This document shows, in pieces, positions 1 through 12,864 of a DNA stretch of 64,000 bases. Numbering within the stretch: position 1 is the first letter of the stretch; every line of letters starts with the position of its first letter. Under the pieces are notes generated by a model. It searched no databases. It saw nothing but the letters and a program-made list of their open reading frames with translations, and was not told the DNA's origin. The stretch comes from Ramazzottius varieornatus (taxonomy: Eukaryota > Animalia > Tardigrada): NCBI GenBank assembly GCA_001949185.1, contig BDGG01000003.1, forward strand, positions 1,148,875 to 1,212,874, read 5' to 3'. The position numbers and the translations under genes were made by a program.

Positions 1-459
1 TATTTGCGAATAGCGTTTATCGATGTTTGGTAAGCCACTGTCCGCTCTCTTATCTTCTACGAAATTTAGCGGTTTCCACCTGCCAATTTTACGACCGGCC
101 TACGCCAACTTTTTTATCCCCTTTTGTCACAGGTCAACAACTCTACGCTTGAATCCTCACGGGGAAATTCTAATGGATTACTAATCTTGGATGATCCAAA
201 CATTCAATTCTGGACCAGGCAGGTGCTCAGACCTACACCCATACAGTGTTTTCCAACGCGATTCTAAACTTGCAGCGTAACATCAGCTCCATCCTGCTCC
301 GCTCAGATTTTGCTGGGATTTCCGGTCGCTAGTTGGTCACTTCCGGCGTTTATCGCACTTGATCGGATCTTCTTTTTGATCAAAAACCAAGTCGTGTCCA
401 CACTGATCAGCAGCCATTGCAATGCTTTGTTTCAGTTAGACAGTCGGAACTGGCACAAA

Positions 460-1642
460 ATGGCGAATGTCTCGGCCAACGTTGATCCAGCCTGGTTACA
501 AAGTCTAAATTATCACGAGCCCTTCGTGACAGGCGGATTGTTTATTTTGACAGCAACACTAGCGTTGGGCTATGCCGCCTACCTTCTGCACCACCGCGCT
601 CTCAATCACCGCGGTGGTCTGCTCTTCCTCGTCTTCTTCCTCTCCTTCCTCTTTTGTGGCACACGATCTCTCCTCACCGTCGCCCATCTCCATCCTCACA
701 TCCCTCCCATATTGTCCATTTTGGAGTGCACACGGCATGCCTCCATTTGCTCCCTTTTTGGCCTGGTGTTTGTAGCCATCGTCCGAAGCAGCGAGACGGA
801 ATATCAGAAAACTTCCGCCCTGTCGAAATTCGGATGCCTGTTTTGCATCATCTTCAACTATCTTTTGGGTAAGCTCGCGCTCGGTCCTCATTCGCGAAAA
901 GATATCGTAAAACTGAGAAAACCCGAAACGATGTACCACCTCTAAGACAAGGCCAGATTCGTGCATGTCACAAAAGAAAATCGATGTAGAAAATGAAAAA
1001 CAGACTACGTTGATAGCCTTTGTTTTGAGGCTGGTTGGATCTGTTTTTTCAGGACTATCCATTCCTCTGTCGCGCCATTTCTTCCCGTCGGAAAGCAGCC
1101 GGATAGTCAACCAAGCCATTCACGCTTCGATCGACGTATATTTCATCACAGTCTTCCTCATCCTGGGATTGGCCTACATTTGCATCTTCCCGCGTCTGAT
1201 ACGCAATACGCGGATCAAAGTGCACAATGGCATGTCTGTCAAAAGCAAACATGGCATGACAGGGACGATTATCGGCTTACTCACTGCCTTCTTCCTGCTG
1301 CTCCATACCACATTACTCCTTGGAGACTTCCTGGTCGTTAATTTCATCGAGGCCGATCCTCAATCACTTTTGCGATCAATACGGCATTGGCAGCAGCTGT
1401 GGCTGGCTTGTGCCTCTTTGTCCGAGGCACTGTTGACCACTCTAATGGTCAGCATCACTGCCTTATTGATCACTACGCCGAATAATGATGGATTATCCCA
1501 GACGGATTCCACACATACGTATGCCACACCGGAATCACAAGGCCTCCTGCTCTATCCCGGACGCAGTGTCCCTATGAGTCCAGCTGCATATCGATCTCCC
1601 ACCAACAACGGATTCTATACCATGTACAAAGGCGAACAGTGA
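460..1642 (+). CDS. Orphan seven-transmembrane protein (~333 aa, 2 exons)
   Basis: ORFs 310..945 and 965..1642 join in frame via an intron at 869..1052 (TTG G|gtaagc ... ttttttcag|GA CTA). The joined protein has an N-terminal NVS sequon, seven hydrophobic segments and a Ser/Pro/Tyr-rich tail. Confidence 0.7.
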
Positions 1643-2268
1643 AATTCTCAACCCTGTCCAAATTGGTTACAACATGCCATGTTTCCCACATGCTGCGCTT
1701 CGTGAGGGAAGCATGGCAGCTCTGCCAGACCCGGTTCGAATTAGCCATACAGCATCATGGTTCTCTGAGGACTGACTTGTACTTCAAGGGAGATCGAAGT
1801 GGGAGAAGCGTGACAGAATGGCCAGACTTTGCGACCGGGGAAGTCCGTACTGTAATTCGGTCTGTAAACAGTGAATAAATTGGGCTGTATTGCTGTTTAC
1901 GTTACGCTAGACCTTTTCAGCCACCACATGTTCCTGCATGTTCATAATCTCATTAAATTGTTGTGCTTGAGTGCCCAATTCAGCTGCCGGATACAGACGT
2001 GTTTGGCCTTGTTTTATGGCCTTAGTTTGATTTACGATGTCCAAAACTCAAAATCAAGTCTTGTCCAAACTTTTGGCCCCTTTCGATTTCTTGTACTGAA
2101 AGATCGTTTCTGTTGTTTTCTTGACGTAACGTAGTTTCCCGGTTTCTGCAGTACAGCATTAATTATGCAGTAGAAATAACCGTAAGCTGAGCGAAACTTC
2201 AGGAATTGAAGGAACGTATCTTCACCAACACTTTTGAAAAACCTCTCGAGGCGGAGGCTACAAAAGAA

Positions 2269-3477
2269 TTAATCAGTCTGCAAGTCCGCAGTGGACTCTT
2301 TCCTTGGTTGGTTCAACGTCTCTTTCTGCATTTTCAACAGTATGTTATCATTTTCGATCCGGAGTCTTTCAACCGCAAGTTTTTCCATCTTGTAGGCGTG
2401 GCGGTTGGAGAGCTTCTTCATCTTGAAAGCGTGCCGCAGCCGCGTCTTTTCCTGCTCCAGTTTCAACCTCTCCAGATCCAGCTGTGATGAAGGCCTGAAA
2501 CGGACAATCCTTTCTAGTCTGGGAAAACAATCGGGCAGAATGAAGGCTGGCTTACTCAGGGAGCTGCGTGAGCACGTCGCTCTCTTCCGAGTACGCAGGA
2601 AGACCCGTTAAAACTTCGTCATCTGGTATCGAGGGTATACTAGGACTAGGCTCATACTCCACCACGTCCAGTACTCGCTCTGAGCGGCTCCGCCGAACAG
2701 GAGCCGGAGAGGATGCACTGAGCTCGAGTGTCGAAGCAGAAAAGGACTCCGTTGGCGCACCCGCGTTGTCATCCTCTGCAAAAAACATCAAGCTACTGCA
2801 TATGCTTGCATACTTTCTGCATCTCTTCGTCTCAGTTACCTCTTACCTGAGCTTACGCAAGACACGAAATTGTAATTACCGATTCCGTTCCGTAGCTTTC
2901 TGACAGGTCGATCTGTTTGTTTGTGGTATGTTTTCGAGTACTTTCTACCGTAGTACTCGACCATTTGGGTCCTCGCTTCCAGCCTGACACTTTCGGGAGC
3001 TTTCCAGCATTTCGCCAGATGGGCAGCCAATCCTGTGGAATAGATCGAGCTTCTCAAAACATGAAGCAAATTTTTAACGATATTCCGAACATATCGTGTT
3101 AGACTCATCACGTACCTGCCTACAACCAACCCGGTTTCCACTAAGGCTCACGCGTATGCAGGTACATGACTCACCACACAGACCTGCTAACACAAACCTG
3201 GTCGTGATCCGCAGACGGGCTTTTGTTGTTCAGGATCGCAGAACGTACAAAAGGCTTGCCTCTCATTTACATTTCCATACCGTTTCGTTCCTCGAGTAAA
3301 ATACTGCCAGTGTCCAAGCTTGACTCTAAAGTTGGTATCTTTGAAAACAGCCACGCGCGAGTCACCCATCTTGACAAGTTGGTAACATTTCGAGCCTGGC
3401 GTTGTCTCACTGCCAGATGCTGACTGATCCTCGCTGACGTCTTCTTCCACAATCTCTTCTCCGTTCTCCGCGTTCAT
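2269..3477 (-). CDS. BED zinc-finger protein with C-terminal coiled coil (4 coding exons)
   Basis: Splicing CCA G|gtttgt ... ttccacag|GA TTG gives HWQYF...AFCTFCDPEQQKPVCGSRPGLAAHLAKC, a BED-type W/aromatic + Cx2C...Hx3C signature. Later exons (ORFs 2552..2791 and 2269..2466) join through canonical sites. No DDE domain. Confidence 0.7.
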
Positions 3478-4430
3478 TTCTCGGGTTGGGAGCACCTGTA
3501 AAAAACCAGAAGACAAAACCCGAAATTCACAGCAAGCCAAAGTACAGTTATGCAACTAATCAACAGACTGCTCGTGACGTCATCCAGTTAATAGATGGCG
3601 CTGCATATGATGGCCGCATTTTCATTATGACAAATAAACTGTGCGATCATCACGGAATAATTCCGCGCCATCAAAATCACTAATGCAGCGATTCCACTTC
3701 TCGTAACTGGCGCGTTTTTGCTCTACGAAAATTTTCCATTACCATAACTGGAAAAAACCATCACGGAAAAAGTCTTCTCGGGAGAGGAGCAATCTTCGGA
3801 CCCATCACGTATTTCTGATTACTGGCTGGAACGAGGAAGTAGAATGTACCTCATAACTTTCGTAATTTCTTGTCGAAAGTTCAACATGTATATTCCTCTC
3901 ATTCGAGTATATATACTTAATTATCATAAATTCACAACGAATACAATAATTGAAGAGGTAGCTACAATAATGCAGATGAGAGGAAAGTCAAATCGACATC
4001 AAAACATGGAGTAGAAAAATAAAGAATATTGCCGGCGGATATACCCGGATAACAGGCACCGTTGTTGGTGTTGTGTTGCAATGTGAGAGCACATGGTAGT
4101 CGCACGACAATGCCATGTAGAGTACACTCATACAAGCAGTACGCACACTTCCGGAGCTGCGTGTCAGAAAATTATTTCGTTCAGTTTGCAGAACGGATAT
4201 AAAATAAAACAGGACCGCCGTAGTAGTCTACGGGAATATAACAGGGATTACGTCAATTAATAAATTTCGGAGTTTTTGTGGTCCTTCCTGGTTGCTCCCG
4301 CACTGTATTTCCGGGTCTTCCGTTCAAACCAACATATATTTCAATCAACCGAATGTTGTGTCGCGTTATCGCTCATGTCGTACGCGGTGCATTTCGCACT
4401 CTTCTTAATTTACGTAAAGTCATATAGAAG

Positions 4431-4588
4431 TCATTACGAGAAGCTATCACGGACTTCCGTCAAGAGCTCCGAAATGAGTGATTCCACTTCTCCAGTCATA
4501 AAAGATTATAACCGACTCGAAATGACCGAAAGTAGAATCACTCATTACGGAGCTCCTGACGGAGGTCCGTAATGGTTCTCCGTGATGA
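4431..4588. repeat. Imperfect inverted repeat/hairpin (~60-bp arms); MITE or structured RNA
   Basis: atcacggacttccgtcaagagctccgaaatgagtgattccactt pairs with aagtagaatcactcattacggagctcctgacggaggtccgtaat (5 differences in 44). Pairing extends outward. Confidence 0.8.
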
Positions 4589-5538
4589 AGTGGAATCGCT
4601 GCATAAGAGGTAATTTGATGCAGTTTGCCGATAAGATTTTGAAATTCTTGATTATGATCACGCGGGAGACGAAAATCTGCTTCAGTCCAGCTTGCGTCGT
4701 AATAGCCGGTCGTAGCAGGACGCTTGTGTGTAACTATGGTATAGTTATAAGAATGACTTCCGGCCAAGAGATTAAGGTGCCTTACCGAACATAGTTGCCG
4801 TCTAGCTTCTAGGTACTTCATCAAAATTGCAGCATGCCATGACAAACCCTTATGCTTCCTTAATGAGGATATCCAACGGCAGACTTTCCTGTGTGCGACG
4901 AAGTCGAGAGCGTCTCGAGACTTGAATTCGTCTGAATATGATTTGAGCCATGTCGGGGTTCTATTTTGTGGTTATTTAGTGGATTTTTGGGGGCAATTCA
5001 GGAACTTCCATGTCCCATATATATATATAGACTTGAGTTTTTTGAGAAAACTGAGGTAGCTGGAGAAGCCAGCTCTCCAACAGCTGAAATCAAACTGCAT
5101 TTGGTCGTAGCACCTCGTCTGACAACCAGAGCGACAATGCCCAGCAAGCCGATCTCACCACCGAACAACTGTAAATTTAATCAGCGAAGCGGCGGCCGTG
5201 AACTTGCCCACCCAGTGTCTCTTAGAGTTCAGTGCCTTCATTACCGAATTATCATTCCATTTGCTATCATGCTTTTATGCTCTGTCCATCAATGACTTCA
5301 TCCTCATCGAGAATCGAAGTCAACTGGTGGAGAGTCTAAACAGAATCTGAAAAACATCGTTAGTTCTCCTGTGCTTTGTGTAACATGCATAAAAAGCGGT
5401 AACCTGCGGTCTCATTACGAGCTGATCGAATCCATGGTACACGTACTGAAATCTTACGCAAGAAGAGCGTAGCACGCAACATTGTTCTACAGTGCACACG
5501 CTGCGTGTTTTTGAACAGTTTTGAATGTGTTGGAAATT

Positions 5539-8500
5539 TTACATTTTTGGACTTGAGGGTGGCGTATGGAACTCATCGGGACTGTCTTTGACCATCGGCG
5601 CATCCTTCTCTTCTGCCTCAAGTTGACGCTGCCGTTCCTCAGTCAGTTCCATGGTTGCCAAAATCCTCAGCTCAAGTTTGGTTTGCATAAAGTAATCTTT
5701 GAAAGACCTACGAAAGACCGACCATTGCTCACAGCCAACCTTCAGCCCATCACATTAAACTTACAAAGCTTTGGTACAATACTCCATGGCCGCTGTATGG
5801 TCTTTGGTCCGAAGTTTCAGGCAGGCCAACTCAATTGCCGCGTGAGGTGGGAGAAACTTGTCTTCGGCAATGTCGTCTTCACTAGATAGAAATACCCTTC
5901 TTTACATGATGACGACTACGACGGGAATGGACCATTCTTACGCTTCGACGATGCCGTCCAGAATACCGAACGCCTCGTCCAAGCGACCCAGGTATCCCAA
6001 GCAGATACCCCGTAGCAGGTCCAGCTGGTAGATGCTGTCTGTGTGAAAAGTAAGTCCCGATGGACTGTCTCGCGATGTGGAGTTCCGCACTTCCAATACT
6101 TTGGCCTCTATCAACACCAATAGCCTCAGCACAAGATCTGGACGGTTGGAGAAGCTAGTCATTCCTCCGAAAAGATAAAAACATTCCTACAAATCCAACA
6201 GCGGATTAGTTTAGTGGAGAATCGGAGACGAGATGTGATTCTGGGTAAGTTAACCGAGCATGGAGAAAGCGATTGGATCATTCATGACGTCACTCAGAAG
6301 CTTGTACATCGTCATGGTGTCAGGTGACGACTCGCCGTTCTGGGCAAGCTGAGTATTGATACGTACTGTGGCGGGAAAGATGAGTTCTCTTCCTTGTTCG
6401 ATGTATCGTTTGTATCGCTTCTCCGCAAGCTTCTCGCTGAGCAGAGACCGACCAGCCAGTTTTTGCTTCTTGGCGAGAGCTTCCCTGTGTGACGTAGCAG
6501 TGTTGATCAACATGGGGTAAAATAGTTACTGGAAACCGTGTATTCATACTTCATGAGATCTCTCACGGTAACTTTGGTATCCAGATAATGCATTTCCTGT
6601 TTGTCCATCATAAGGAGGAAGGAAGCCTACATTTGAGGAAAATCGTGGTACGACGAAGTTCGGAAGAAATTATGGGAACGATTTTACAGTGAGATAGGCG
6701 TATGTAGCTTTACTCCACGAATTTTCCTTGTAGAGGTAGTAGGCAATTTCCGCCGCTTTTTGATAATCCATGAGGCAGCTATGACACCTAGAGTGGACCA
6801 CAGGGGGGAGATTATGACCAGGAATTTTTAGTGCGCTCAACAACGAAAATGCAACTTACCACATACTTTCCCAAAGGCACATATGTTGAGACTGTATCCA
6901 TTCCATCTGCGCCTTCATGGATTTATCAAAATGTTCCAGCGCTTCACGAAACTGTCCTTTCAGCATCGCAACACGACCTTGCAGGAACAAGAAAGGCGCT
7001 CCGTTGGGATAGGCATGCAAAAGATCCTTCAGGCTGTTTTCTGCCCCGGCCAAATCGCAATGACCAGTCCCTAAAATCCAAACAAAATACATCGCTTGCG
7101 CAGTCAGAAGGATTTCTAAGGGCATTTCTCACCCAGAATGATCTTTCCGTATGTTTCCCAAGCCGTTGCTACCTTCGAAATAGACTCATCAATGAGAGAT
7201 GCATCTCAGACACTGGTCAAAGTCTGCAACTTACCAGTAAGCAGGAAATGTTTCGGCAGCCGTTCGACCGAACCCCGGCTTCCAGCTCGCTGTGCCCGAC
7301 CTTTGCCACGCCCTTGAAGCCCACCATGCTCAGGTACTTGGCGTGTTTCGAAGGTACACAGCTGAAAATGAGATTGAAAGACCCGATGCCCAGTCGGACG
7401 CCACTTTCGAAGTGAGCTTTCAGTTTCGGGTTGCTCCATTCACGCTCACGCAGTATTCCCAGGCATGTTCTGCAACCCCAAAGTGCTGCATGTCATGTTT
7501 TGGTCTCGTTGGTCTGCAGGTAGTAGATAGCCAGTTTGAAAGACGAGGGTAACTCACTGGTATGTGCTGTGAGAGCTTTTGAACTTCCATCCCGCTCGAA
7601 TGAGCGCGGTAAGGCCGACATCTTCGGCGAGAACGAGTGCGGACAACATGAGCCCACATTCCGCGTAGCACAGTTCGGCATGTACCTGTTCTGAACAAAC
7701 TCTTGATTTTCCTTTCCGATATCAGACACAAGCTTTTCGTCTTGTCTGGCATACCTTCGTTTCTTTTTGCTCGGCTGAAGCGACCTTGGCGTTTGCTCCA
7801 GCAGAGGTTCTGGGCATTCTTGAGAGTTTTGATGGCCGCTCTTGCGTCCTCCTAAAGTAACACAAAGTGGTTTAAAAAGTCACTGCTCTGATCTGGATCC
7901 TCGAGATTGTCCGTGCAATTTTCAAATCACTTACAGCGGTGACAGTCATCAAAGCCTGAAGGTACAGGATAGTGCCGTAGGTAACAGCCGCGTACATGCT
8001 GTGATGGACTCTGCAAGAATAACATCTTATCAGGGAGAAACTACAGATAGCATGCCGTAGCATCTGACCCAAACATAGTTCACGAAGAATAACGAGAGTA
8101 CACGCTCGGCTCGTACACGCACAAAAAAAGTTTAGGCCAGACGATTCCGAAGCAGCGGAACGGAAGTACACGTGTACGTGTGTACGTGTATGTGTGCAAT
8201 TAACTCCAATGAAATTATCGACCAGTTTCTACGGCTGAATCTCAGTGTTCCGCCTTTCCCGTCTGGCCCAAACGTTTTACTGGTCCAAACTTTCTTTTCG
8301 TGCGTGTACCTGTCTTCCACAGTGCGTTTTGCGCCGGCGATGTCATTGTTGTAAAATAGCTGAATGGCTCGCTGCGCCACGTGGATCTCCTCCAGAAGAG
8401 CTTGCTCGGCGATCGACCTGCAACAGATACAGGCAGCGAAATAACGGCTGAAAAATAAAATACGTCGGTGGCGAAACCGAAAGTTTTACCTCGCAGTATC

Positions 8501-8680
8501 TTTTTCTTCTTCGGCTGTCTGCGAGATTTCAGTTTCGCCACTGGTCCTCTGAGACCCCTCCTGGAGACGGTCGTCAGTGGTTGATCCATTCCAGAACACA
8601 TTCGAATGGCCAGTTTCCGGAAACTCCACTTTCGCTAGAGGAGGCAGCCTCGGACTGGAAAGAGGACTACTAGACAGCAT
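5539..8680 (-). CDS. TTC39: Tetratricopeptide repeat protein 39 (TTC39/IML2 family), multi-exon
   Basis: Exon peptides AIQLFYNND, SMYAAVTYGTILYLQALMT, YPNGAPFLFLQGR, QHMCLWESMW, ENSWSKATYAYL, KLAGRSLLSEK, LLRGICLGYLG and SFKDYFMQTKLELRI follow the TTC39 motif order. Start codon is uncertain. Confidence 0.9.
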
Positions 8681-9060
8681 TGATCGGCAATCTTCACATC
8701 CCAGACGACGATCGCGAGACAAAGACTTGCCGGATAATCCTCTTCTAGTTCTTGGTCATAATATATATAGCTGCGATCAGTGCATAAGCATTAAATCAGT
8801 TTTCGAGCAAGGTCAATACCGGCGGCAGACATTTGAGAAGTGTTCTGCCACCGCTCGACAATGGAAGGGTTTTCCGACCGATAAAACCGTGGGTGTAATA
8901 TCGGTAAAACACCAAGCTGAAGGTTATGCAAGCTAAACTGCTCTCGGCACGAGCGATTGCTGTCATGTGCAGTGCATTGCAAAGTCATTTGCCTGCAGTT
9001 TCACTCGCAGCAACAATCGATGCTTAGTTTGCCATCACGCAATCGCACGTTTGCACGGTA

Positions 9061-9436
9061 CAGTGTAGGCAAATAAGGTACTCTAAGAGGGGGCAAGGCC
9101 AAAATCGACGTGACGCATAAAGCAAACAGCTGATCAAGCTGCAGTCCATAGACGTGAACTGCCGCTTGATCTGCTGATTACTTCGAGCCGGAGTNNNNNN
9201 NNNNNNNNNNNNNNNNNNNNNNNNNNNNNNNNNNNNNNNNNNNNAATAAGGTACTCTAAGAGGGGGCAAGGCCAAAATCGACGTGACGCAGAAAGCAAAC
9301 AGCTGATCAAGCTGCAGTCCAGAGACGTGAACTGCCGCTTGATCTGCTGATTACTTCGAGCCGGAGTTTCTACGTCACTTGTCGAAAACTCGATTTTGGC
9401 CCTCCCCCTTTTAGAGTATCTTATTTGCCTACACTG
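9061..9436. mobile_element. Tc1/mariner-type MITE (TA TSD, ~48-bp TIR), spans an N-gap
   Basis: TA|cagtgtaggcaaataaggtactctaagagggggcaaggccaaaatcga ... tcgattttggccctccccttttagagtatcttatttgcctacactg|TA. Confidence 0.85.
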
Positions 9437-10204
9437 TAACAAAGGCATCAGGACTGTACGGTATACTGTAAGCAAACAAATGGACCTACGCTTGGTTCGA
9501 GGCGGGGCTTACAAATGGCAGTGTGGACTTACACACATGACACAGATAAGGCAGACACTGCCGAAAGCCAGCTCCTCGCTGTTCGTCTAATGTTCTCCAT
9601 GAGCATTTCTGAAGCTCTCGAATTGTGTACACACATGCGCAGCACACAGTGCTGCCACCTCAGAAACCACTGTCCAGAAGACAACTGTCCAACAACTCAA
9701 CACAGTTCGTACCCAGATTTTCAATGCGCCAGATTGAGGAAGGGCTATGAAAAGTATATGGGAAACCTTCCAAAGCCGAGTGAAAGAGGAAGCAAGACTT
9801 TCCGGATACTTTTTTTCCTTGAAGTTTTGTCAATGCGAATAACACCTGACCGTTACTGTAAGAGGGATCGAATAGAGACGGAAACTACTTAATCCTACCT
9901 TGCAATTGAACACATGGTATCCCACATGGAGGGTACGGTATACGCACGAGTGCAGGTGGAACAGCGTTCAAACATCTGGCCGACCGGAAATGGTAAGGCT
10001 CATGCTAGGGGATTCGGTATGCCGTTTCCTTTACGAACTTCCCCCTCGCACCAACGAAATCTGACGGGGAAACTACGGTAACTTTCAAGGTTTTACGTGA
10101 CTGATTTCTGATGCGAAATGAATGACTCGAACGAACTCTAAAAATCACATTCGAGTAGAAGTGATTAACCTAGCTCTACTAGGCCGCAGAAACCAGTGGT
10201 TTGT

Positions 10205-11670
10205 TCTACACCGCTCCCGCATTTGACAGTGCGCTGGAAGACGCCTGGATATTTATCCTCGGTTGATTCTGAAGCAAATTATCGTGGCAGATCGTGCTTA
10301 TCAAAAGTGCAGCGATTCGACTGACAAGAGCTTTTTGGGCAGATACTACTACAGCAACATCGCAAAATGGGATGCTGCGAACGTCACATTGTTTCTCCAT
10401 CTGGATGCAGGTAACTTGGTCCGTAGGGTGTGTCACGTAATGTGATTTCGTAAACGGACTGCGTTTCGCTCTGTTTCTTTTAGACTGTGATAGGCACGCA
10501 TCAGCCATGCTTGCATCTCAAATAAACAAATTGGTTATCAGACACTTCTACATTTTGTCTCGTGTAGGCACCCCAAAGCACGCATTTTAGGCTTGAATTA
10601 ATCGTCTGGCTAGTACTCCGCAGTTGCCCGATGGAGAGAACAGACAAAGATGGCCGACGAGGAGTACGGCAGGGCGAGGAGGAAAATCGCCTGTGATCAG
10701 ACTCACGGAAGTTTTCGCCTCCGCCATGCTACATTTTAACTGGACCACGATGGCAATCGTGAGCGACGCTCATAGCTGCCACTGTGGTCCAACAATCCGC
10801 TAGTGCCGTATTGAGATCTAACGTCACTCTCTACAAACTGGAGTCCAAAACAGACCATCCCGATCTGATGCGCCAGCTAGATCTTGAAACTAGAGGTATG
10901 TGAATTGATTGGCGGCGCAAGGTACGTATAATACGTTTCGTGTAAAGGCTAGTTTTGTTTTAATAGATCTTCGAAGCTTATGGTAAAGACCATGGCAAAC
11001 TTCTCCCAAATTATCAGTACTCGGCTATCAACATGTTTCTTTCCTTAGCTGACCACTTACAAGTTGAACATGACCCATGGAGAACACGTACGTATGAACG
11101 GTAATAACACTACCCACTCTGGGCTCTCTCTTTTTCAGATTCGTGAGCCCAGAACAAACGTTCTGCAAGGGACATATGAGGACTGTAGAGGACTGTCAAG
11201 ATAGAACTCTAGATATTGCGAAAATTCCGAAAAGCGCTTTTATTGACCTTGTTTATTGATCTTGTAGAGCAAAAAAGCTGCATCGAACCTGAAAATGCCG
11301 CAAAAGGCCGCACACAAAGAAGCGGGCAGAAAACTATGGAATTTTGAAGCCCCTGTGAAGAAAAAAACGCTTTCAATGATACTGTTTCTTTTACTGAGCG
11401 ATTTGCTCCCAAGAGAAAAAATGCCTAGAAGAGTAATGACCGAAGTTTAATCCGTACTTCCGTTTGGGCCGGACAGGTACCCAGAGTACACTTTTCCCAA
11501 CTGGCGCATACGTGGCCAAGCGCAGGCTGTACGCCAGTATCTAGGTTGGTTATGCACGCGCAAAGTTGTGGAGTTTCAAACTTCTGAGAGTTGTTGAAGA
11601 TGAAACTTCCACGCTGTTTGAATGATCCTGCTAGTTTCGACAACCGACCGCCTTCCTGCACCTTTGCCCC
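10205..11670 (+). pseudogene. Decayed ANF-receptor (natriuretic peptide/receptor guanylyl cyclase) ectodomain gene, paralog of 58017..60963
   Basis: Collinear fragments FYTAPAFDSALED, CSDSTDKSFLGRYYY, FASAMLHFNWTTMAIVSD, LTTYKLNMTHGEHV and (weaker) DNRPPSCTF match LAGPAFESGVE, MLAEYYY, LLKMNNWTSVFVFTD, LAAHSKNMTNGEHV and ANEPPCGF. Frameshift near 10250 and in-frame TAG at 10801. Confidence 0.7.
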
Positions 11671-12693
11671 GTCTTCTCAACTCTCATCCCTGATCTTGTT
11701 GATTCTACCATTTCCTAGACATCTGAAAACATCCAATTCAAACTCTGGGAACAGCTGCTCACCACCACCAGACCTTGCTGCGCTTAATATCCCTGCTGTC
11801 ACTGAACGGACTCTACATTAGGGGATGCTTCGGATCGTTGGCTACTGGAGAGAAAACTTGACAGCGTCAATAGCGCATAAAGCTGCACAAATACTTGGGC
11901 TAAAGCTATTCAAATGCTTTCATTACCAGAACAGAAACAAGAACATGTTGTGGTTTTTCGTTTTTCCCTTGTTTCTAGACATGGGACTTATTTTAGCGAA
12001 GCGCTGATGATTCAATCTGCAAGAAATTGCCAAACTGGAAATTCTGTGAAACATTAATCTTCCTTTTTACAGACGATCAAATGAACACCATAATTTTGCC
12101 GACACCCAACTGGACGGAATGAGATCGGAAGGAGGTAGCAGGAAAGGTCGTTTCAAAAACGTTTGTCGGACGACAGGGCTGAACGAGAGACTGAGACAGC
12201 CACGAATGCGAACATAAGACTTGCCAGAAAGTGGTGAGGCATTGCGTGGCCGACCGTCAGACTGTCATGTCAGATCACGTCCTGACTTGATAACCTGTCA
12301 GTCGGCCGCCGACTTGGCCCGATCTTTCGATCGAAGACCGAACCGAGCCGGCTGTATCGATAATAAATCCGGGTGGACCCGGTCATCAATCAGAGTTCAT
12401 TCCGATCATGAATCCGGGTGGACCCGGTCATCAGAAATCAGTGAAGATCAATCAAAAAATCAACCGAAAGAAAATCTCTCGCACAAGCAAGAACTCAAGC
12501 GATCGATCGAAGAGAAAATTCTGCGATGATTTCCATCAATCAAGCATTCAGATACATTCTTGATTGATTGAGTTGCGGAATCGGAATGCTCATGTGGTGC
12601 GCAGGCATGTGCAGTTTGGTAGGCTCATCGCATATATTGCTACTGACACCCAGGATCCTCTAGTGCGGTGCCCTCCGAATCTACGATTTTTAT

Positions 12694-12864
12694 TCTTGGG
12701 CTTCACATCATTTCGAATTTCTTTGTTTGTTGTTTTGTTCCTGTTTTCATGGTTTTTTTCCNNNNNNNNNNNNNNNNNNNNNNNNNNNNNNNNNNNNNNN
12801 NNNNNNNNNNNAAACAGGAACAAAACAACAGACAAAGAAATTCGAAATGATGTGAAGCCCAAGA
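12694..12864. repeat. ~53-bp near-perfect inverted repeat flanking the N-gap at 12762..12811
   Basis: tcttgggcttcacatcatttcgaatttctttgtttgttgttttgttcctgttt versus aaacaggaacaaaacaacagacaaagaaattcgaaatgatgtgaagcccaaga (1 mismatch). Confidence 0.85.

Noticed and set aside
310-1878. Closely spaced or overlapping ORFs resembling an operon
   Set aside because: The first two ORFs are exons of one spliced gene, and the rest is likely 3' UTR.
9071-9365. ~124-bp tandem duplication inside the MITE
   Set aside because: The copies sit either side of a 50-N gap and differ at only 2 sites; most likely overlapping contig ends.
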